Shown in pieces: positions 55,518 through 63,347 of a DNA stretch of 64,000 bases (its first letter is position 1; the number at the start of each line of letters is the position of its first letter). Under the pieces are notes generated by a model. It saw nothing but the letters and a program-made list of their open reading frames with translations, did no database searches and was not told where the DNA came from. Source of the stretch: Elusimicrobiota bacterium (GTDB taxonomy: Bacteria > Elusimicrobiota > Elusimicrobia > UBA1565 > UBA9628); assembly GCA_027451985.1 (NCBI GenBank), contig DAIDHS010000005.1, forward strand, positions 267-64,266, read 5' to 3'. The position numbers and the translations under genes were made by a program.

Positions 55518-56882
55518 ATGGGTGGATGCGGAGACAAGTGCGGCGGATGCGGCGGTGGGTGCGGGACCGAGCCTCACCTCCCGGGGAACGAATTCGCCCC
55601 GGTCAATCTGTCCCTGGCGCCAAGCCCGGCGACATCTCTTAAAGCGGCTGCGGTGCTGAAAAAAAACGAGGGTGGCCGGACGCCGGGATTTAGGCGTTAC
55701 TTGCCTCCGTTCAAGGTGTTTTTCACCTGGGACATCCAGTACGCCTGCAACTACCGCTGCAGCTACTGCATCATCTTCAAGAGCCCGCAATGGGATTCAT
55801 TCTTGTCCAAGAAGGATCGTCCGCCCATCCCGGCGGAGCGCTGGATGGAGATTTGGGACGACATCTACGACAAGTACGGCAGCGCGCACATCCATTGCTC
55901 CGGCGGCGAGCCGTTCTACTATCCGCGCTTCATCGACATCCTGGCCCACATCACCAAGAAGCACACGATGGAATGCGACACGAATCTTTCCTTCCCGGTG
56001 GACAGCTTCATCGGCCGGGTCGAGAAAGGGCGCTTTCGCTTCGCCCCGTCGTTTCATCCCGAGTTCGCTGAGCTTGAACCCTACATCGAGAAGTGCGTTA
56101 AGCTTAGGAAAGCAGGATACGATCTGGAGGGGGTCAACTACATTTGTTGGCCGCCGCACTTAAAGCGCATTCCGGAGTTCAAGGCCGCCTTCAACAAGAT
56201 TGGCGTGGTCTTGACGCTCATTCCCTTCCGCGGGCGCTTCGAGGGCAAGGACTATCCCGACGCCTACACGCCCGAGGAGCGGCGCTGGATCAACCGCAAC
56301 AGCGGCAATCCCGTGCTTTCCGAGGATTACGGGAGCTGGTACAACGGAGGAGGGCAGGGATCGAAGAAGCACGAGGACCTCAAGGCGGATCCGCAGCCCC
56401 ATGCCGAAGAGCCCGCGCCGGTCGAGGTATCCTCGCCGGAGCCAAATCCAGCGGCGGAGCCCACGCCTGCGGTGATTGATCGCGTGCCCCAGTCCGTTGC
56501 GGCTCCGGAGCCGCCTCAGCAAGAAGTGCACGGACCGGAGCCCTCCGAAGTGGCATCCGAGACGGCGGCGCGGGCTCTTGAGGAAATCCACGCGCACGAG
56601 GCGGAAAAGTCGGGCGCCGCATGCGCCAGCCACGGGCGCACGGCCGTTCATTGCCGCGCGGGCCAGATGTACGCCAAAATTCATCCGGACGGCAACGCGC
56701 TGCGGTGCTGCTTCATCGACGAGCGGGGCTCGATGGGAAATCTCATCGACGGGACCTTTAAGCTCTATGAGGAGCCGGAATTGTGCGAGTACCCGGCGTG
56801 CAGCTGCTGGAAGAGCATGATCGTGGGCGAGGAGGAGCGCTGGCTGCGCCATTGGGTGGGCGTGGCTAAAAACAAGGCGTGA
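55518..56882 (+). CDS. Radical SAM protein, tandem 'CNYRC' family, paralog E, with N-terminal Cys/Gly-rich tail and an internal Pro/Glu-rich insertion
   Basis: An SD (GGGGAGG) lies upstream. The tail is MGGCGDKCGGCGGGCGTEPH. Further motifs are WDIQYACNYRCSYCII, GGEPFYYPRF, SFHPE, GKDYPDAYTPEERRWI, an acidic/Pro-rich insertion of about 100 aa, and CRAGQMYAKIHPDGNALRCC...CEYPACSC. Confidence 0.75.
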   Translation: MGGCGDKCGGCGGGCGTEPHLPGNEFAPVNLSLAPSPATSLKAAAVLKKNEGGRTPGFRRYLPPFKVFFTWDIQYACNYRCSYCIIFKSPQWDSFLSKKDRPPIPAERWMEIWDDIYDKYGSAHIHCSGGEPFYYPRFIDILAHITKKHTMECDTNLSFPVDSFIGRVEKGRFRFAPSFHPEFAELEPYIEKCVKLRKAGYDLEGVNYICWPPHLKRIPEFKAAFNKIGVVLTLIPFRGRFEGKDYPDAYTPEERRWINRNSGNPVLSEDYGSWYNGGGQGSKKHEDLKADPQPHAEEPAPVEVSSPEPNPAAEPTPAVIDRVPQSVAAPEPPQQEVHGPEPSEVASETAARALEEIHAHEAEKSGAACASHGRTAVHCRAGQMYAKIHPDGNALRCCFIDERGSMGNLIDGTFKLYEEPELCEYPACSCWKSMIVGEEERWLRHWVGVAKNKA

Positions 56883-57433
56883 AAATCTACTTAAGCAGCA
56901 GTCTCTCGGAGGAGGACAAGCCGTTGCGTGAGAGGCTTGTCCAAGTCGCCGCGGATTACGGCGTCACGATCGTGTCCGGCCCGAGGCCGTGGCCTGCCCA
57001 AGACGCCGTGCCTCCTGAGGTCGCCGAAGCCATCGACTCCGCGGACTTCGCTTTTTTTTGGATTTCCGCCGATGGCCCGGACGTCTCATGCATCAACTTG
57101 GAAGCGGGCTATATCCGAAACTCCGCACGGCGCCTTCCTTTTTTAATTTTTTCGCCCAACGGCTTGGAACCCGCCGGTTGCCTGAAATACCGGCCCTTCA
57201 TTGTTTTTTATCTTCGCGACGCCCGCATTACCCTTGAGCAGATGTGGAATCCCATCCATCATGAATACCGCGAGCGGCCGCAGATGGCGGCGGCCATTCA
57301 TGGCGTCCTAATCGCCCTTGTCGGCATGTTGCTGATGCGCCGCGCTCCCGAAGCGCCGGCTTCTGAGGCGGAGGAAAAACGCCAAGATCAGCTGCGCGAT
57401 GCGGCGGCGGCCTTGCGCGGGAGCCAGCCGTGA
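56879..57433 (+). CDS. Hypothetical small protein with a C-terminal TM anchor (possible Rossmann-like TIR / nucleoside deoxyribosyltransferase-like fold)
   Basis: Begins MKIYLSSSLSEED, with AEAIDSADFAFFWIS, LEAGYIRNSARRLPFLIF, and a TM segment AAAIHGVLIALVGMLLM. The fold guess comes from motif resemblance only. GTGA overlaps occur at both ends. Confidence 0.5.
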   Translation: MKIYLSSSLSEEDKPLRERLVQVAADYGVTIVSGPRPWPAQDAVPPEVAEAIDSADFAFFWISADGPDVSCINLEAGYIRNSARRLPFLIFSPNGLEPAGCLKYRPFIVFYLRDARITLEQMWNPIHHEYRERPQMAAAIHGVLIALVGMLLMRRAPEAPASEAEEKRQDQLRDAAAALRGSQP

Positions 57434-58833
57434 CGCCGTCTCGAACCGAAGCTTCGTTGGCGTCTTTAGATTCCGGGCTTTCGCCTCAGGATGTTGCTTT
57501 GCGGCACGAAAAACGGGCGCGCGAGCATTATCTGCGGGGAGACTATCCCTCCACGGTCGAAGACCTCAAGCTCTGCCTGGGAACCGGCGTTGTCCCCGAG
57601 CATAAGGATTTGCGGATGCGCTTGCTCATCATGCAGAGCTTGCGCCGCTTCGGCAAACAAGACGAAGCCTCCGCGGCTCTTCGGGAGATGGAAACCCGCT
57701 ACGGGAAAAGCCGCGAAAAATATATCCAGAACCTTTTGCTTAACGAAAAGGAAATCCAAGAGGGCCGCGTCAAGATCGAGTCGTATCCCACGCGCCTGAC
57801 CATCCGGCCGACCAGCCGTTGCTCCGTCCACTGCATCATGTGCACTTTTTGGAAAGAAACGCCCTGGGATATGCCGCAAAAGACTTTAGACGAGGTGGCC
57901 GATCTGTATCCTTTCATGGAAGACATCTTGTGGCAGGGCGGCGAGCCTTTCGAGATGGAGCGCGGCGTCTTGGAGCGCATCCTCTTGCGCGGGCGGGACT
58001 ATCCCCGAATGCTGCAGAATTTCATCACCAACGGCCAGCACATCGACAAACGGTGGGCCGAGATTCTGGTAAGCATGAATGTTCATATGAAGATATCCAT
58101 CGATGGGACCACGCCGGAGGTTTACGAGAAAATCCGGGTCAAATCGAGCTTCGCAAAGATCATCGCCTCGATTGACAACCTTAACAGTGAGATGGCGCGG
58201 CAGAACCGGCGCATCGGCATGTGGATCCATATGGTGGTCCAGCGCTTCAATTACCACCAGATCACGGACATGATCGAGTTCGCCCGCAAGCACCGCTTCG
58301 ACGGGGTGGCCCTGAGCCCGATGGAGGGGGATCTCTACCGCAAAATCGACGTCTTTAACTACGGTGACTCGGAGATTTGGCGCTCCATCGAGGAACAGCG
58401 CGCGCGGGCCCGGCAGATGTGCCTGAACTACGGGATTTATCTGGAAGACAACATGCCGCCGCCGCCCTCGCCGGACGACGCGCCTCATCCCATCGACGAA
58501 GAGGAAAACCAGAAGCGTTTTTCGCTCTATCCCATGCCTTTTGAAGACGGCGCGCGCTACGTTTCTAAGGAGTACTCATATTTCTGCCTTTCCCCCTGGA
58601 AAAACATGATCCTGCGAAACGGCGGCGGCGTGCTGCCCAACTGGCACTGCGGCGAGCGCTACATCGGGAGCATCCATGAAAATTCGCTCCTGGAAATTTG
58701 GAACGGCGAGCCCATGCAGAAGGTGCGGCGGGGCATCGTGGAGAGGCAATTCGGCGGCGTGTGCCGCCATTTTTGCCTTTCCGGGGCTTTGATGGAAACC
58801 TGGAAGCACCATATGGAGTGGTACTGGTCCTGA
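57430..58833 (+). CDS. Radical SAM/SPASM domain protein with a TPR-like N-terminus
   Basis: Motif IRPTSRCSVHCIMCTFW. SPASM-like CLSPWKNMILRNGGGVLPNWHCGERYIGSIHENSLLEIWNGEPMQKVR...CRHFC. The N-terminal about 100 aa are helical and TPR-like. Confidence 0.8.
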   Translation: MTPSRTEASLASLDSGLSPQDVALRHEKRAREHYLRGDYPSTVEDLKLCLGTGVVPEHKDLRMRLLIMQSLRRFGKQDEASAALREMETRYGKSREKYIQNLLLNEKEIQEGRVKIESYPTRLTIRPTSRCSVHCIMCTFWKETPWDMPQKTLDEVADLYPFMEDILWQGGEPFEMERGVLERILLRGRDYPRMLQNFITNGQHIDKRWAEILVSMNVHMKISIDGTTPEVYEKIRVKSSFAKIIASIDNLNSEMARQNRRIGMWIHMVVQRFNYHQITDMIEFARKHRFDGVALSPMEGDLYRKIDVFNYGDSEIWRSIEEQRARARQMCLNYGIYLEDNMPPPPSPDDAPHPIDEEENQKRFSLYPMPFEDGARYVSKEYSYFCLSPWKNMILRNGGGVLPNWHCGERYIGSIHENSLLEIWNGEPMQKVRRGIVERQFGGVCRHFCLSGALMETWKHHMEWYWS

Positions 58834-58854
58834 CGCGGCGACTGTTGATTAAGC

Positions 58855-60459
58855 ATGAGCCATAAAGCCGAAATCTTTCTCCTGCAAATGCCCCAGGCTT
58901 GTCCTGAGCCCAATATCGCCCTGGCGCAGCTCTACGCTTACGCAAAACAGGAAGGATTCGAGACGCGGGTCATGGACGTCAGCATAGAGCTCTACCACCG
59001 GCATAAAGCTGCCTCCGCCAATTTGTGGGCCGATGAAACGTGGTCGATTTGGATGGATCAGGCTTTTGTCTCCAGGTTCCTGGCGGCAGACAAGGCTTGG
59101 ATGGAGGAGCGGTTCCTTAAGGACATCCTTGCGGCGCCAAAGCCCGTCGTGGGTTTTTCGGTCAGCGGGCCGTCCTTGCGTGCCAGCCAAGAGTTGGCGC
59201 GCTGGATCAAGTCCGCGCGGCCGGACGCTTTAGTGGCCGTCGGGGGACAGGTGTTTGCCGTGGAGCCGTTTTTCTACCGGCAGGCCCTGGAGGACGCTTG
59301 CATCGACGCCGTCATTTTCAGCGATGGAGAGGAAACGCTTTGCGAGCTGGCGTCCCTTTACGGGGAGGGCCGGGATTGGGACGGTTGCCGCGGACTTTAC
59401 GTGCGCAACCCCGAGGGCGGCTTTCGCTTCACGGGTGAGCGCCCGCTCTTGAACCTGGACGACCTGCCGTTCGCCGATTACGCGCCTTTCAACATGGGGC
59501 TCTACGGCAGCAACCATGTGAGCGCCCACGATTTGGTTCTGATGACCAGTCGCGGCTGTGTGCGCCGGTGCTCCTTCTGCGGCAACCGGACGGCGTGGAA
59601 GGGCTTTAGGCAGATGAGCGGAGAAAGGGTGCACGCCGAAATCCAACATCAGCGGCGGGTCATGCCGAGCCTTTCCCACGCCGACAGCGAAATCAAGTTC
59701 TACGACCTTCTCATCAACGGCGACATGCGGAAAATGATCCGCATGGCCGAGCTTCTGGCCGCGGATTCGCAGCCGCCACTGGCCTGGAAAGACGTCAACG
59801 CCGTGGTCCGACCCGAGATGACCTACGAGGCCTGCCGCAAGCTCTATGAGGCAGGCTGCCGCATCCTGATTATCGGCCTCGAATCGGGCTCGCAGAAAGT
59901 CTTGAATGCGATGGACAAAGGCCAGACCGTGGCCCAAATGAAGGAGGTTCTCAAAAACGCCCATCGCGCCGGCCTCAAGGTTCGGGGAAATTTCATGTTC
60001 GGGCACCCCGGCGAGACCGAGGAGGATTTCGCGCTCACCATGGACTTTTTGAGGGAGATGCACCCGTACATCTACCAAGCCTACCCCAGCTATACGTTCA
60101 CACACTTGGAAGGCCGTCTGGCCCAGAACCCGGAGAAATGGGGCGTGCAGAAGAACCAGCATTACCTGTACTGGGAATCGGATGACGGCAGCAGCACCTT
60201 CCCCAAGCGCCTGGAGCGCTACAAGGCCTTCCGCGAGTTGGCCGTTTCGTTGGACAAGCTCCCGCAAGGCGACGGCCTCGTGCTTTCCTTGGATGCCTAT
60301 ATGCACTTTAATTTCGGCGGCTACTATGAGAATTTGGGCAAGCCGAAGGAAGCGCTCGATCACTATTGGGAATACCTGCGGGAAGATCCGGCTAACGCGT
60401 TCGTTAAGGAAAAGATCCTGAAGCTCTCAAGGGCCCTGACGGCCGTCGGCGCCGCTTGA
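58855..60459 (+). CDS. B12-binding domain radical SAM protein (class B)
   Basis: Motifs are IFLLQMPQACPEPNIALAQLYAYAKQEGFE, VGFSVSG, VAVGGQVF, cluster motif TSRGCVRRCSFC, IGLESGSQKVL, and YLYWESDDGSSTFPKRLERYKAF. Confidence 0.8.
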   Translation: MSHKAEIFLLQMPQACPEPNIALAQLYAYAKQEGFETRVMDVSIELYHRHKAASANLWADETWSIWMDQAFVSRFLAADKAWMEERFLKDILAAPKPVVGFSVSGPSLRASQELARWIKSARPDALVAVGGQVFAVEPFFYRQALEDACIDAVIFSDGEETLCELASLYGEGRDWDGCRGLYVRNPEGGFRFTGERPLLNLDDLPFADYAPFNMGLYGSNHVSAHDLVLMTSRGCVRRCSFCGNRTAWKGFRQMSGERVHAEIQHQRRVMPSLSHADSEIKFYDLLINGDMRKMIRMAELLAADSQPPLAWKDVNAVVRPEMTYEACRKLYEAGCRILIIGLESGSQKVLNAMDKGQTVAQMKEVLKNAHRAGLKVRGNFMFGHPGETEEDFALTMDFLREMHPYIYQAYPSYTFTHLEGRLAQNPEKWGVQKNQHYLYWESDDGSSTFPKRLERYKAFRELAVSLDKLPQGDGLVLSLDAYMHFNFGGYYENLGKPKEALDHYWEYLREDPANAFVKEKILKLSRALTAVGAA

Positions 60460-60481
60460 ACTTGGGACTTTGCGGCGACTC

Positions 60482-62119
60482 ATGATGCGCAATCCCTTGC
60501 GGGCGCGCTTGATTCTTGCGGCGTGCGCCGGCGCGGCGGCCGTCCTCGTGAGCGCGGGACTGGGGTGGTGGGGATGGGCGCGCCTCTCCAAGACCGCCGC
60601 GACAAGCTTTGCCACGGACAAGCAGCTTCTGTGGCAGCGGGAGATGGATGAGCCGCTTTTCCATCTCGTGAATCGCAACGGGCGGCAATTCCTGGTGCAT
60701 ACGTATCCGGACACGAGGTTTTCCACCGATCCTGAAAATATTCCGCTTGAGAAAGAAGCGGGAAAAACCCGGCTGCTTTTTATCGGAGAATCGAGCGCCG
60801 GCTTATCGGCCACGGCCGTCCGCCGCATCATCGGCAGCCACGCAGGCTTGAAAAAATTCGAGGTGCTCGACTGCGCCGCCAATGGGGGCAGTTTGGTGAT
60901 GGTGGAGGACCGGTTCAGGGAATGCTCCCGGTACTCGCCCAATATCATCGTTCTGAGTTTCGGACATAACCTGTTTTATCCCTTGAGGCCCATTTCCGCG
61001 TTCTCCTACTGGGCGTTCAGGGTCGCGCGGCGCAGCCCGCTCCTAAGCCGTTTCGCGGCCGTGCTGCATGACAATTATTTCATGTCTCGCTGGGATTCCT
61101 TCGATAATCCCAGCGTCCGCTGGCGGCGCCTCGACGAATTTATCGCGCAGTTGGCCGCCTTCACGCGCGCGAAGCACGAAGCGCTCATCTTGTGCACAAA
61201 TGCGGTCAACCTGTGGGTGCCCCCGGAACTTCCGCCCGATAAAAAAAATGAAATTCTCTATGACGGCGCGTATTTGAAGGCGAGGTATCTCTACGCTTCG
61301 GGCCGCCATAAGGCGGCCATTATGCTTTTAAGCGGCCTCGTCCAAGGCAGACCTTTCGCGTGGTGGCGGTGGACGCTCGGGACGTGGCTCTACCGCCAAG
61401 GAGATTATGCGCGGGCGGCTTTCTTCTTGTCCGAAGCGAGAAATCTCGATCAGGCGCACGGCCGCGCCTCCAGCGCCGTCAATGATCTCATTCGGGAATC
61501 CGCCTATCGCTATGGTGCGCGCCTGGTGGACGCCGATCTCATCGTTCGAGACGAGGCGCCGCATGGGATTCCCGGCTGGGGGCAATTCATCGATCAGGGA
61601 CACCTCAACGATCCGTCCTACCTGCGGCTGGCCGCTGCGATTCTGGGCGCTGTCAAAGGCGGCAGCGAGCCGGATACAAAGGTTCGCTGGGTGATTAATT
61701 TGTCTTTAATCCAACAGATTCAGCACCCGCTTATTCCTATTTGGCAGGGTGAAGACATCCGGTCCAGGTTGTGGCTGGCCATGAGCTACGCGGTGCAGGG
61801 CCGCCTCGGAGAGGTGCTGGCGCGCGGAGAGTCGGCCGCCGCCTCTGCCGCGCCCCGGGGGCCGCAGCGCGCCGTGATCTTCGTCGCCTTTGCCCAGGCC
61901 TGCTGGCGCGCTGGGAAAACGAGTGCGGCCCTTCGCTTTAATGAAGACGCGGCCCATGAGGATCCGGGGTGGGAGGAGCCGCCGGTTCAGCGGGCCTTGT
62001 TTGACATCGGCCTTGGGCGCCGCAAGGACGCCGCGCGGCTTTTGCGCGGGGTCTTGAAAATGAATCCGTCCCGGCTTGACGCGGCCTATTTCCTTAAAAA
62101 GGCGTCAGGAGCTTCTTGA
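60482..62119 (+). CDS. SGNH/GDSL-like hydrolase domain protein with a TM anchor and TPR-like C-terminus
   Basis: N-terminal TM LILAACAGAAAVLVSAG. The SGNH blocks are LLFIGESS (I), DCAANGGS (II), LSFGHN (III) and FIDQGHL (V). The C-terminus is TPR-like. The start ATG at 60482 is preferred over the TTG at 60470. Confidence 0.65.
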   Translation: MMRNPLRARLILAACAGAAAVLVSAGLGWWGWARLSKTAATSFATDKQLLWQREMDEPLFHLVNRNGRQFLVHTYPDTRFSTDPENIPLEKEAGKTRLLFIGESSAGLSATAVRRIIGSHAGLKKFEVLDCAANGGSLVMVEDRFRECSRYSPNIIVLSFGHNLFYPLRPISAFSYWAFRVARRSPLLSRFAAVLHDNYFMSRWDSFDNPSVRWRRLDEFIAQLAAFTRAKHEALILCTNAVNLWVPPELPPDKKNEILYDGAYLKARYLYASGRHKAAIMLLSGLVQGRPFAWWRWTLGTWLYRQGDYARAAFFLSEARNLDQAHGRASSAVNDLIRESAYRYGARLVDADLIVRDEAPHGIPGWGQFIDQGHLNDPSYLRLAAAILGAVKGGSEPDTKVRWVINLSLIQQIQHPLIPIWQGEDIRSRLWLAMSYAVQGRLGEVLARGESAAASAAPRGPQRAVIFVAFAQACWRAGKTSAALRFNEDAAHEDPGWEEPPVQRALFDIGLGRRKDAARLLRGVLKMNPSRLDAAYFLKKASGAS

Positions 62120-63347
62120 ACTCCGCTTTTTTGCCCGGATAGGTTTTGTCGTAATAGCTTAGAACCGCTTTTTCTAAATCGGAACTCCGAAGTTGAATGG
62201 GCTCATCGGCTAGGGCCCTCAGGAAGACGCCTTGTTCAAAATGTTCACCGGTTGAAACGTAGTAAGAGAGGTCGCCCAGTTTCCCGGAATCCTCACCCAG
62301 GCCCTCGGCTTCCCTGACGAACGCCTTTGCCAAAAAATGGCCTGTGAGACCGAGGGTTTTGCTGTAGGCAGATTCCGTTCGGACCCGGCGCCAGCGCCAT
62401 TGCGAGACAGGAGCGATCCATCCCCGATGGGAAAGTCCGTGCGCGACGGCCATGGCCATCAGCCATTGTCCGCGCAGGGATGGGTGCACATAATCGATAA
62501 GGCAGCGGGGAATGTCCGGTCTGCATTCTCCGGAGGCGCTGAAGAATCGCCCCGCGTCAACAAACAATACACCCGGACTCAGAATAGAGCGAAGAAACTT
62601 GTTGTAGGGAGGAGGGGACGCGGGGTTGTACAAAATGGGTGCGTTGACCTGGCTTACGAGAACGACGTGGACGGAGCGGCGTTCGGCGAGAGAAACCATT
62701 TTACGGACGTTCTGCTCATAAAGCGGCATGGTGGCCTCTGGATCAACCCGGGCTATCGGCATGTATTGTGCGGCGAGTCGCACAATGGGGAAATAGTCGC
62801 GCAGCCAAAACAGGAATTCACCGAAATTTTTGCCGAGGTGATTTTGGAGCAGCCGCAGACGGCTGTATAGCTGCTCGTTATTTCCTTCGTAGAGCACGAG
62901 CAGGTCGGGGTGGTAGTTGAGAACTTCCTTAACGAGTGCCAAGTCCCGCGAGCTGTCCGAACCGGAAACGCCGGAGTTTATGACTTCAACGCGCCGTCCC
63001 GGAAGGGTGTCCTTAAGAATGAGACCCAGCCACTCCGGGTAGCCTGCCCGTGGATAGAACGGATAACCTTCCGTCGTGGACTGACCGATGCAGAAGATTC
63101 GATACGTTCCTGGCGGTTTTGCCGCTGGAAATTTCTTCTGGTGCGCGGCGTCGACAAGAATGACTTTTGAGTTGGGAATTTCCCATGTTTTTCCATTCCG
63201 AGTTTCTTGGTGATAGAGCGGTCGCTGGGAAATCATCCATAAGAGGCGCGGATCCGGCGCGGGAAGCCCGAACCTGAGGAAGTGGAGAGGGATGAGAATC
63301 GCCGCCAAGCCCGCACCGGCTAGGGCCAGGCGAAGAAGAGCCCTCAT
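62094..63347 (-). CDS. SGNH/GDSL-like hydrolase family protein (membrane-anchored)
   Basis: N-terminal TM. The SGNH blocks are IFCIGQSTTEG (I), INSGVSGSDS (II), LYEGNNE (III) and IDYVHPS (V). It is convergent with the previous gene, with a 26-nt 3' overlap. Confidence 0.7.
   Translation of the reverse strand: MRALLRLALAGAGLAAILIPLHFLRFGLPAPDPRLLWMISQRPLYHQETRNGKTWEIPNSKVILVDAAHQKKFPAAKPPGTYRIFCIGQSTTEGYPFYPRAGYPEWLGLILKDTLPGRRVEVINSGVSGSDSSRDLALVKEVLNYHPDLLVLYEGNNEQLYSRLRLLQNHLGKNFGEFLFWLRDYFPIVRLAAQYMPIARVDPEATMPLYEQNVRKMVSLAERRSVHVVLVSQVNAPILYNPASPPPYNKFLRSILSPGVLFVDAGRFFSASGECRPDIPRCLIDYVHPSLRGQWLMAMAVAHGLSHRGWIAPVSQWRWRRVRTESAYSKTLGLTGHFLAKAFVREAEGLGEDSGKLGDLSYYVSTGEHFEQGVFLRALADEPIQLRSSDLEKAVLSYYDKTYPGKKAEFKKLLTPF

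Noticed and set aside
41666-60363. Large minus-strand ORFs inside the rSAM array: 41666..42637, 43016..44302, 44717..46072, 48635..49594, 49489..50415, 51367..52377, 53734..54693 and 59230..60363.
   Set aside because: All lie antisense to plus-strand genes that carry clear rSAM, SPASM or B12 motifs. Their translations are low-complexity (R/G/A/P/H/D-rich) and lack motifs. The same applies to 17826..18971 opposite the glcF and HD-GYP genes.
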